Below are positions 56,267 through 64,000 of a DNA stretch of 64,000 bases, piece after piece. Made by a program: the position numbers and the translations under genes. The notes under the pieces were generated by a model that saw nothing but the letters and a program-made list of their open reading frames with translations, did not search any database and had not been told where the DNA came from. Within the stretch, counting starts at the first letter, position 1, and each line of letters begins with the position of its first letter. Source of the stretch: an uncultured Clostridia bacterium (lineage in GTDB: Bacteria; Bacillota; Clostridia; UMGS1883); the NCBI GenBank assembly GCA_947626145.1, contig CANQRB010000002.1, positions 68,339 through 132,338 of the forward strand, given 5' to 3'.

Positions 56267-57421
56267 TTGAGGTACTTAAAAAGAATATCAACGGCCCTTA
56301 TACTGTGCGTGCTGCTGTACTGCTCGGGCCTGCCGGGGACGCTGCCCGAGGAGCTGGTGCTGTTTTCGGGCCGTCCTGTGAGCCGTGAGCTGGCCAAAGG
56401 GGTGAAGCTGGAGGAGCTGCCCGACAGTGTCAGCGCTTCGGCGGAGACCGTGGTGGCCTATGACGAGGGAGAGTACGAGGCAAAGCTGTCAATTCTCGGG
56501 GGCCTTGCCAACAGGAACGTCCGCTTGCGGGTGGTAAGTCCCAAAACCGTCACCGCCATGGGACGGCTGGTGGGAATTAAGCTCATGAGCCGGGGGCTGG
56601 TGATCATCGGCTTTGCGGACTTCTATTCCGGCTCCGGTCTGGAAAAGGGGGATATAATTCTGTCGGTTAACGGACGGGCGGTGGAGAGCTATCACGACCT
56701 TGCCGCCGCTGTTGCCGGAGGCGAGGCGGAGCTTGAGATACAGCGTGAGGATCGCCGTCTGATCAGGCGGGTCAGGCCGGTGGTCTGTGAGGACGGAACC
56801 AGTCGGCTTGGGCTATGGGTGCGCGACAGCGCCGCCGGAGTGGGAACGCTGACCTTTGTGGACGGTGAAAACGGAATTTTCGGGGCCCTGGGCCACGGCA
56901 TCAGCGACAGCGACACCGGCGTCCGTTTTCCGGTGCGTAAGGGTACCGTTGAGGAGTCCGTGGTGGCCTCGGTGATCAAGGGCCGCCGCGGGGCCCCCGG
57001 CGAAATAACGGGGGCCTTTGTCACCGGCGCGGAGACCCTCGGCACTATCGACAGCAATACCGAGTGCGGCGTTTTCGGTCATGTGCTTGCGGATATGGGG
57101 GAGGGTGAGGAATACCCCGTTGGACTGTCCGGCGAGACCGGCGTGGGCGACGCCGAGATAATCTGCGACGTTGGACAGGGCCGGCGGCACTATGGGGTAA
57201 AGATACTTCGGGTCAATCGGCTGGGCACCGTAACAAAAGGGATTTTGCTTGAGATAACCGATCCGGAGCTGCTGGAGCGCACCGGCGGCATAATCCAGGG
57301 CATGAGCGGCAGCCCCATAATACAGAACGGCCGTCTTGTAGGGGCGGTGACCCATGTGCTGGTGAACGACCCGACCTGCGGATACGGAGTGTTCGTGGAG
57401 AATATGCTGCAATACGAATAG
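56267..57421 (+). CDS. spoIVB: SpoIVB peptidase (stage IV sporulation protein B, S55)
   Basis: PDZ domain plus the C-terminal S55 serine-peptidase region (GIIQGMSGSPIIQNGRLVGAVTHV). Apparent TTG start. Confidence 0.9.
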   Translation: MRYLKRISTALILCVLLYCSGLPGTLPEELVLFSGRPVSRELAKGVKLEELPDSVSASAETVVAYDEGEYEAKLSILGGLANRNVRLRVVSPKTVTAMGRLVGIKLMSRGLVIIGFADFYSGSGLEKGDIILSVNGRAVESYHDLAAAVAGGEAELEIQREDRRLIRRVRPVVCEDGTSRLGLWVRDSAAGVGTLTFVDGENGIFGALGHGISDSDTGVRFPVRKGTVEESVVASVIKGRRGAPGEITGAFVTGAETLGTIDSNTECGVFGHVLADMGEGEEYPVGLSGETGVGDAEIICDVGQGRRHYGVKILRVNRLGTVTKGILLEITDPELLERTGGIIQGMSGSPIIQNGRLVGAVTHVLVNDPTCGYGVFVENMLQYE

Positions 57422-57448
57422 AAAATAGGGGACGGTTTAAAAATTCTC

Positions 57449-57477
57449 TTGACTTTTTCCGCCATTAGTGGTATAAT
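57449..57477 (+). promoter_or_regulatory. sigma-A type promoter of the acyl-CoA ligase gene
   Basis: TTGACT, 17-nt spacer, TATAAT. Confidence 0.5.
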
Positions 57478-57524
57478 ATTTAGATAGAAATTAACAAAAC
57501 GGAAACAAAATGGGGGAAAACATT

Positions 57525-59162
57525 ATGACCGAGGATTTCAAGAGTATTTTTGAGCGGGAGTACACTTGGATAGAGGGATATATGCGGAGCGTCCGCCGCT
57601 TTGCGGACAAGCCCGCCATGTTCGACACCGAAACGGGACGGGGCTGGACCTATGCCCAGCTGAACCGGGATGTGAACCGAATGGCCCGCGCCCTTCAGTC
57701 CGACGGGGTGGGAAAGGGCAGCGTCGTCATGTATCAGCTGTTCAACCGGCCCGCCTTTGTCTTTACTTATGTGGCGGCCCAAAAGCTCAGGGCGGTGAAC
57801 TGTCCCTCCAATTACCGTCTCGGGGCCGGAGAAATAGCCATGAACATTGACGATTCCCGACCGGTGGTCTTTATTTTCGAGGCGAAACACGCCGATGAGG
57901 TGAAAACGGCCGTCGAAATGTCCGTTCATAAGCCGAAAAGGCTCGTCATGCTGGACAGCGAGGGCAAATGTCCCGATTGGGCGACCTCATACGAGGAATA
58001 TATGGCCGGACGAAGCGACGCCGAACCGGAGACCGACGGCGAGCACAATATCTATGACGAAACCACACGCCTTTACACCTCCGGCACCACCGGACGGCAG
58101 AAGGGTGTGCCCCTCACCAGCATCAACGAGGTGCTTTCCGCCCACGACGTTATGATACATTTCCCGATGAACCACACCGACCGCACCATGAACACCACGC
58201 CATGGTTCCATCGGGGCGGCCTGCACTGCGCCGGCCCCTGCCCCACGCTTTACGCCGGCGGTACGCTCTATGTTATGCGCCGGTTCAATGCGGAAAAATG
58301 CCTCGAATATGTGGAGAAATTCGGCATAACCTTCGTGATAGGCGTGCCAACGGTGCTTGACGCCCTTTCCGACGCTCAGGACAAGGCCGGCCGTGACCTC
58401 AGCAGTCTTCGGGGCATAGTGACCATGGGTAGCGCCCTTGAGCGGGCGGCCTGCATCCGTTACCAAAAGACCCTGACACCGAACATATTCAACGGCTACG
58501 GCACCACCGAAACCTTCTGGAACACCTTCCTCCGTCCCTTCGATCTGCCGGAGTATGCGGGCACCGCAGGCGGCGCCTGTGTGGACGACGAGGTGCGGGT
58601 CGTAAAGCTCTTTGACGGCCGCCGGGCCGAGCCTGACGAGCTGGCCGAGCGTGACGGCTCCGAGGTGGGCGAGGTCATAATCCGTTCCCCCGCCAAGTCG
58701 CCTTATGCCTATTTCAACAACGAGGCCGAGTCCGAGGCCAAGTTCCACGCCGGTTTTGTCTACACCAACGACCTGGCTACCTGGACGGAAAACAGCTATG
58801 TCACCATAGTTGGGCGCAAGGACGACATGATAATCTCCTCGGGTGAGAACATTTATCCCACTCAGGTGGAGGAGGTGCTCAACTCCCATCCAAAGGTCAG
58901 GGACTGCATCGTCACCGCCGCTCCGGATAAGGTGCGCGGCGAGCTTGTAACCGCCTATGTGGTTAAGGCCGACGAAAGCCTGACCTGTGAGGAGCTGGAT
59001 CAGTTCTGCAAGGACAGCCCCATGATAGCCAACTACAAGCGGCCTCGGTATTACCGGTTCATCAGCGAGATACCACTCAATGTCACCGGCAAGAAGCTCC
59101 ATTACAAGGCCAAGGCCATGGCCGCTCAGGATATGAAGAACGGCCTTCTGTACAGAGTGTGA
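57525..59162 (+). CDS. AMP-dependent synthetase/ligase (acyl-CoA synthetase family)
   Basis: AMP-binding motif YTSGTTGRQKGV and the overall ANL-superfamily organisation. Confidence 0.85.
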   Translation: MTEDFKSIFEREYTWIEGYMRSVRRFADKPAMFDTETGRGWTYAQLNRDVNRMARALQSDGVGKGSVVMYQLFNRPAFVFTYVAAQKLRAVNCPSNYRLGAGEIAMNIDDSRPVVFIFEAKHADEVKTAVEMSVHKPKRLVMLDSEGKCPDWATSYEEYMAGRSDAEPETDGEHNIYDETTRLYTSGTTGRQKGVPLTSINEVLSAHDVMIHFPMNHTDRTMNTTPWFHRGGLHCAGPCPTLYAGGTLYVMRRFNAEKCLEYVEKFGITFVIGVPTVLDALSDAQDKAGRDLSSLRGIVTMGSALERAACIRYQKTLTPNIFNGYGTTETFWNTFLRPFDLPEYAGTAGGACVDDEVRVVKLFDGRRAEPDELAERDGSEVGEVIIRSPAKSPYAYFNNEAESEAKFHAGFVYTNDLATWTENSYVTIVGRKDDMIISSGENIYPTQVEEVLNSHPKVRDCIVTAAPDKVRGELVTAYVVKADESLTCEELDQFCKDSPMIANYKRPRYYRFISEIPLNVTGKKLHYKAKAMAAQDMKNGLLYRV

Positions 59163-59210
59163 TAGAAACTGCAAAAAACCGTTGCCTCATATTATTGGTT
59201 ATATACACAA

Positions 59211-59245
59211 AAAGTTCGGTATATCGCCGAACTTTTTACATTTTT
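59211..59245 (+). terminator. Rho-independent terminator after the acyl-CoA ligase gene
   Basis: aagttcgg-tatatcg-ccgaactt followed by tttacatttttt. Confidence 0.55.
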
Positions 59246-59330
59246 TCTCTTGCTTTTTCCTTGAATTAATAGTAGAATATATAATAGTAAAATTATATAC
59301 CGACGGAAGAGCGCATGAGGGGGAATTAAC

Positions 59331-60626
59331 TTGAAATTTAAGTGGAACGATGACGACCAGAAGTATCTGAAGCTGGGCCTGACACTTTTCGGCGTGGTGG
59401 TCCTGAGCATTCTGGCCTATCAGGTGCTGAACCGTATACCCATACTCACCGTAGGCGTAATAAAGCTGCTGGACTGCCTGCGGCCCATACTGTACGGTCT
59501 GGCCTTTGCCTATGTGCTCATTCCCTGCCTTAAGCTCTTTGAGAATTTAGCCCTTAAAATATTCAAAAATCCCACGGCCCATGGCCGCCGTGTGATACGT
59601 ATGGTCTGCGTCCTCATAACCTGGGGCCTGACGCTGGCCCTGCTGTCCGCGTTGGTAATGCTGGTAGTGCCCGAGCTGGCATCCAGCATCGAGGGCATAA
59701 TCAACAACACCTCCACTCAGGTGAACCGCCTGATACGATGGGTAATGAATATACTTCGGGACAACCCCGATATACGCAAGAGCATTATTTCCCAAATCAA
59801 AAATCTGTACGGCGACTTCACCACTCTGATGGGCAATCTCACCAACATCATGAACATGATACCCGACACCGGCACCCTCGTTTCCAACCTTTCCAGCGGG
59901 GTGATAAGCGCCGTTTCCACCGTGTTCCACTTTGCCATCGGACTGATAGTTTCGATTTATGTCATGAGCTCCAAGGAGCTTTTCACCGCTCAGACCAAAA
60001 AGATGATTTACGGCATCTTTCCGACCCACACCGCCAACGGCATAATCGGCGTGACCCGTTCCGCCCATCAGAAGTTCGGCGGCTTCTTCATCGGCAAGAT
60101 AATCGACTCCATAGTGATCGGCATCCTCTGCTTTATCCTGCTTTCCGTTTTCCGAATCCCCTATGCGGTGCTGGTGAGCTTCGTGGTCGGCGTCACCAAC
60201 ATAATTCCCTTCTTCGGCCCCTTTATCGGCGCCATACCCTGCGCCATTATCATACTCCTGTCCAGTCCGCTGAAATGCCTGTATTTCATCATAATCATAA
60301 TCGTGCTTCAGCAGGTGGACGGCAATATTCTGGGGCCGAAGATACTCAGCAGCTCCATCGGCCTGTCCAGCTTCTGGGTAATGTTTGCCATTTTGGTGTT
60401 CGGCGGCCTGTTCGGCTTCCTGGGCCTGCTCTGCGGAGTGCCGCTCTTTGCGGTGATTTATGAGCTGATATCCGAATCCATCAGCAAAAAACTCCATAAT
60501 AAGAAACTGCCCACCGATACCGATATGTATGAAGATCTTGACTATGTGAACTCCGAAACAGGAGAGACCATAAAATTCAAAGCAGAAAAGGATGAAACTG
60601 ATGTATCTAAAGGTAAACAAAAATAA
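59331..60626 (+). CDS. AI-2E family transporter (UPF0118/PerM-like)
   Basis: Eight-TM protein with the typical AI-2E C-terminal region (FFGPFIGAIP...VLQQVDGNILGPKIL). TTG start with an AGGGGG RBS. Confidence 0.85.
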   Translation: MKFKWNDDDQKYLKLGLTLFGVVVLSILAYQVLNRIPILTVGVIKLLDCLRPILYGLAFAYVLIPCLKLFENLALKIFKNPTAHGRRVIRMVCVLITWGLTLALLSALVMLVVPELASSIEGIINNTSTQVNRLIRWVMNILRDNPDIRKSIISQIKNLYGDFTTLMGNLTNIMNMIPDTGTLVSNLSSGVISAVSTVFHFAIGLIVSIYVMSSKELFTAQTKKMIYGIFPTHTANGIIGVTRSAHQKFGGFFIGKIIDSIVIGILCFILLSVFRIPYAVLVSFVVGVTNIIPFFGPFIGAIPCAIIILLSSPLKCLYFIIIIIVLQQVDGNILGPKILSSSIGLSSFWVMFAILVFGGLFGFLGLLCGVPLFAVIYELISESISKKLHNKKLPTDTDMYEDLDYVNSETGETIKFKAEKDETDVSKGKQK

Positions 60627-62460
60627 GCTTAAGGTCAAGGTTAACCCCGACATGATAGGCTTGTTCTTCGAGGACATAAACTACGCGGCCGACGGCGGAC
60701 TTTACGCCGAGCTGCTGGAGAACCGTTCCTTTGACTACTTCCCCAGCAAGGTTGACGCCTATAAGTCGCCCCTCACCGGCTGGAAGGCCATAGGCGGCTG
60801 TGAGCTTCTGGCGCGGAAAACCGACCCCATGAACGAGGTAAATCCCGGCTACGTCCGTGTCATGGCCAAGGCCGGCGGCGGATTGGCCAACAGAGCTTAT
60901 GAGGGCTGCTGTCTGGAGGAGGGCGAGGAGTATAAATTCTCCTTCTATTCCCGCGGCAGCTATGGCGGTAAGGTGATTTTCAGCCTTGTGAGCGGCGGCG
61001 AGGTCGTCGCCTCCGCCGAGTTTGACGGCGTTCCCGAAAAATGGGAAAAGCGCGAGGCCGTGATAAAGGCGGGCAAAACCGTGTATGACGCCGAGCCGAG
61101 GATAACCCTCTCCGAGGACGGGGAGATAGATCTGGATATGTGCTCCCTTTTCCCCAAGAAGACCTTTAACGGGCGGGAAAACGGCCTCCGCCCTGACCTT
61201 GCGCAGGCCCTTAAGGACATAAAGCCCGGCTTTATGCGCTTCCCCGGCGGCTGTATCGTTGAGGGCAACGGTCTGGCAAACCGCTACCGCTGGAAAGACA
61301 CCGTCGGCCCCATCGAGACCCGTAAAATCAACTGGAACCGCTGGCAGGAGGGGGGCGTTGGCGTAACTGCCACCAACTATTACCAGAGCTACGGTCTGGG
61401 ATTTTACGAGTATTTCCTGCTTTGTGAGGACATCGGCTGTCAGCCTCTCCCCGTGCTGAACTGCGGCATGGGCTGTCAGTTCCAGTGTGAGGAGCTTGTG
61501 CCGGTTGACGAGCTGGACGAATATATCCGGGATGCCCTTGATTTAATTGAGTTCGCCAACGGCTCCGCCGATACCGAATGGGGCGCAAAGCGGGCGGAAA
61601 TGGGCCATCCCGCGCCCTTCGGCCTGAAATATCTGGCAATAGGCAACGAACAGTGGGGCGAGGAATATTTCCGCCGGTTCGAGGCCTTCCAAAAGGTGAT
61701 TTCCGAAAAGCATCCGGAGATACTGCTCATCACGTCCTCTGGACCGGCCTGTGCGGGCAAGGACTTCGAGGCCGCGTGGAACTGGCTGGACGAAAAGGAA
61801 CCCGGCTTTGCCTACGCCGTTGATGAGCATTACTATGTGCCCTCCCACTGGATGTTCGCCAACACCCACCGCTATGACGACTATGACAGGAACGGCCCCA
61901 AGATTTTTGCCGGTGAGTACGCCTGCCACGTGGGCCCGGCTCAGCCACGGCCCAATAACCTCGAGGCGGCGCTGGCCGAGGCGGCCACGATGGTCGGCTT
62001 CGAGCGCAACGCCGACGTAGTGCGGCTGGCCAGCTATGCGCCGCTGTTCGCCAGGGAACACTTCACCCAGTGGACACCGGACATGATATTCTTCAACAAC
62101 CACGAGCTCATGCTCACGCCCTCATATTATGTGCAAAAGATGTTCGGCAACAATCTGCCGGAATATACGGTGGAGTTTTCCTGCACCCACGGCGAGAACC
62201 TCTATATCAGCGCCGGAGTCAGGGGGGACGAGGTGATAGTCAAGCTGGTGAACGTCAGCCCTCATTCCCGCACCGTCCACTTCGGCTGTCAGGGAGGCAC
62301 GGCGGAATACCTCACCGCCGAGGGCCGTCACCCCAAAGAGATAATGGAGAAAAAGAACACCATGGAGGAGAAATATGAGGTCGTGCCCGTGACGGAGACC
62401 TTTGACGGGGCCGAATACACCCTTAAGCCGTTTTCGTTCACCGTGATAAAATACAGGTAA
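60601..62460 (+). CDS. intracellular GH51-like alpha-L-arabinofuranosidase (no signal peptide)
   Basis: Domain-for-domain paralogue of the GH51 module of the 1730-aa enzyme (FFEDINYAADGGLY, RFPGGCIVEG, AIGNEQ, FAGEYA). Confidence 0.8.
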   Translation: MYLKVNKNKLKVKVNPDMIGLFFEDINYAADGGLYAELLENRSFDYFPSKVDAYKSPLTGWKAIGGCELLARKTDPMNEVNPGYVRVMAKAGGGLANRAYEGCCLEEGEEYKFSFYSRGSYGGKVIFSLVSGGEVVASAEFDGVPEKWEKREAVIKAGKTVYDAEPRITLSEDGEIDLDMCSLFPKKTFNGRENGLRPDLAQALKDIKPGFMRFPGGCIVEGNGLANRYRWKDTVGPIETRKINWNRWQEGGVGVTATNYYQSYGLGFYEYFLLCEDIGCQPLPVLNCGMGCQFQCEELVPVDELDEYIRDALDLIEFANGSADTEWGAKRAEMGHPAPFGLKYLAIGNEQWGEEYFRRFEAFQKVISEKHPEILLITSSGPACAGKDFEAAWNWLDEKEPGFAYAVDEHYYVPSHWMFANTHRYDDYDRNGPKIFAGEYACHVGPAQPRPNNLEAALAEAATMVGFERNADVVRLASYAPLFAREHFTQWTPDMIFFNNHELMLTPSYYVQKMFGNNLPEYTVEFSCTHGENLYISAGVRGDEVIVKLVNVSPHSRTVHFGCQGGTAEYLTAEGRHPKEIMEKKNTMEEKYEVVPVTETFDGAEYTLKPFSFTVIKYR

Positions 62461-62473
62461 AGGATCTGATCTC

Positions 62474-63103
62474 ATGAAAAAGAAATATAACGTACGGACA
62501 ATGGTGCTTTTTGCCATGTTTGTGGCAATAATAGGCATATTGAGCGTGACGCCGCTGGGAATGATACCCATGGGAGTCATCAACGCCACCACTATCCATA
62601 TACCGGTCATAGTCGGAGCCATAATTCTGGGCCCGAAATTCGGCGCGGCTCTGGGCGGCGTATTCGGGTTGATCAGCTTTTTAAAGGCGACTATGGCGCC
62701 CAACGTTTCGTCCTTTGCCTTTTCGCCCCTCGTTCCCGTACCCGGTCTGGGGCGGGGCAGCCTTTGGGCGCTGGTAATAGCCTTCGTGCCCCGCATACTG
62801 GTGGGTATTGTGGCCTATTACGTCTATGTGCTGATAAAGAAGATAAGCAAGAATGAGGCTGTGTCCATGGGCGTTGGGGCCTTTATGGGCTCCGTAACCA
62901 ACACCGTGCTGGTGATGGGCCTCATCGGCCTTGTATTTGGCGACGCTTATTCTCAGGTTGCGGGCAAGGCCTTCAGCGTTATCCTCCGCAGCACCGTCCT
63001 CATCAATGGCATACCCGAGGCCCTTGTGGCCACGGTAATTTCCGTGGCGGTGTGCAAGGCCGTCAAGGCTTATATGAAGAGGAAGGGACCCGCCGATGCG
63101 TGA
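62474..63103 (+). CDS. ECF transporter S (substrate-capture) component
   Basis: ~200-aa six-TM protein of the ECF S-component type. Confidence 0.7.
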   Translation: MKKKYNVRTMVLFAMFVAIIGILSVTPLGMIPMGVINATTIHIPVIVGAIILGPKFGAALGGVFGLISFLKATMAPNVSSFAFSPLVPVPGLGRGSLWALVIAFVPRILVGIVAYYVYVLIKKISKNEAVSMGVGAFMGSVTNTVLVMGLIGLVFGDAYSQVAGKAFSVILRSTVLINGIPEALVATVISVAVCKAVKAYMKRKGPADA

Positions 63104-64000
63104 GATAAACATCAATGAGATAGAAAACGTCAAGATCGGCTCGGCCGAGAACTCCGAAGCCGCCACCGGCTGCACCGTTATTATATGTGAGCGCGGAGCT
63201 TCCGCCGGTGTGGATGTCCGCGGCGGCGGCCCCGCCAGCAGGGAAACTGAGCTCTTAAGCCATCAGGCCACCTGCTCCGCCATACACGCCGTCCTTCTCA
63301 GCGGAGGCAGCGCCTACGGCCTCGATGCCGCCGGCGGAGTAATGGAGTACCTTGAAAGCAAGGGCGTGGGCCTAAGCGTTGGCCCGGCGGTGGTGCCGCT
63401 GGTCTGCCAGTCCTGCATCTTCGACTTGGGGATAGGCAGTCATAAGGTGCGCCCGGATAAGGAAATGGCAAAAAAGGCCTGCGAAAACGCCGAGCTGAAC
63501 GTTCCCCGCTCCGGTAATTACGGCGCCGGAGCCGGCGCGACCGTGGGTAAGCTCCTTGGCCCGGATTTCGCCATGAAGTCCGGATTGGGGCTGTACGCCC
63601 TCCAGCTTGGGGAGCTCAAGGTTGGGGCCGTTGCGGCGGTCAATGCCTTCGGCGATGTGCTGAACGAGGACGGGAGCATTGTCGCCGGTCTGCTGAACGC
63701 GGATAAAAGGACGTTCCGTGACAGCGAAAAGACTCTGTACGAAATGGCGGAGATACCGGCGGGCAATACCACCATCGGCGCCGTTATCACCAACGGAAAA
63801 TTCACCAAGGCCGAAATGACAAAAATCGCTCAAATGGCTCAGGACGGTCTTTCCCGGGCCATAAGGCCGGTTCATACCACTATGGACGGGGACACGGTTT
63901 ACGGCCTGAGCGTTGGCGATATTGAGAGCGGCGTGGACTTGTGCGGAACTTTGGCGGCAAGGGTAATGGCCGGAGCCATTCGCCGGGCCGTGCTTTCCGC
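63096..64000 (+). CDS. P1/S58 family peptidase (DmpA-like L-aminopeptidase), 3'-truncated by the window edge
   Basis: Ntn-hydrolase DmpA/OAT-fold motifs (GSAENSEAATGCTVII, GGGPASRETELL, ITNGKFTKAEMTKIAQMAQDGLSRAIRPVHTTMDGD). Overlaps the S-component gene by 8 nt. Confidence 0.8.
   Translation, partial: MREININEIENVKIGSAENSEAATGCTVIICERGASAGVDVRGGGPASRETELLSHQATCSAIHAVLLSGGSAYGLDAAGGVMEYLESKGVGLSVGPAVVPLVCQSCIFDLGIGSHKVRPDKEMAKKACENAELNVPRSGNYGAGAGATVGKLLGPDFAMKSGLGLYALQLGELKVGAVAAVNAFGDVLNEDGSIVAGLLNADKRTFRDSEKTLYEMAEIPAGNTTIGAVITNGKFTKAEMTKIAQMAQDGLSRAIRPVHTTMDGDTVYGLSVGDIESGVDLCGTLAARVMAGAIRRAVLS

Noticed and set aside
59547-60677. 376-aa minus-strand ORF and 241-aa plus-strand off-frame ORF (59738-60463)
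   Set aside because: Overlaps the AI-2E transporter gene. The composition is His/Gln/Arg-rich nonsense.

Overview
64-kb window of ~58% GC from a Firmicutes (Clostridia-like) chromosome. The organism is probably a spore-former (gpr, spoIVB and a pdaA-like gene are present) with an SLH-anchored S-layer. I found no rRNA or tRNA genes, no CRISPR array and no recognisable transposase or integrase. About 50 protein-coding genes are supported.

Contents, in order along the window:
- 2-595: 3' end of pheT.
- 832-14840: a 10-gene, ATPase-less carbohydrate-uptake operon. It has two atypical solute-binding proteins, two MalF/MalG-type permease pairs, and three embedded non-transporter genes (an NHL beta-propeller protein, a YIP1 membrane protein and a DUF5696-like protein with an acidic EPAEG repeat).
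- ~15.1-19.3 kb: housekeeping genes (HAD hydrolase, HxlR regulator, gpr, nifS-nifU, XRE regulator).
- 19.4-24.8 kb: a cell-surface protein cluster. It holds an LRR protein with a copper-amine-oxidase N-terminal stalk domain, two secreted paralogues sharing an identical promoter-plus-signal-peptide module, and a further stalk-domain protein, next to an ECF sigma / anti-sigma pair.
- 24.9-27.5 kb: eda and thrS. thrS has a short leader and I found no T-box element.
- 27725-32917: a 1730-aa secreted GH43-LamG-GH51 arabinan/arabinoxylan multi-enzyme. An intracellular GH51-like paralogue lies at 60.6 kb, overlapping an AI-2E transporter gene.
- 33.0-44.5 kb: a minus-strand block.
  - nadE.
  - A blaI / BlaR1-type M56 peptidase locus. 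The M56 gene is split at an A5 tract from its C-terminal ectodomain gene, and is followed by a second alternative ectodomain cassette sharing a ~200-bp junction module. I consider this the most unusual feature of the window.
  - An orphan AgrC/LytTR-like two-component system with no agrBD.
  - A dCMP deaminase.
  - An 836-aa HlyD-like adaptor with a ~210-aa disordered cytoplasmic region and Ser/Thr/Gln repeats, with no partner transporter nearby.
  - glyA.
- 44.6-64.0 kb: nth, an AraC regulator, lgt, a 1038-aa SLH S-layer protein, rnc, a radical SAM protein, a GNAT acetyltransferase, secDF, a PdaA-like deacetylase, spoIVB, an acyl-CoA ligase, an AI-2E transporter, the GH51 paralogue, an ECF S-component and a partial S58/DmpA peptidase gene.

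Many long antisense ORFs in the six-frame track are high-GC artefacts and were not called.
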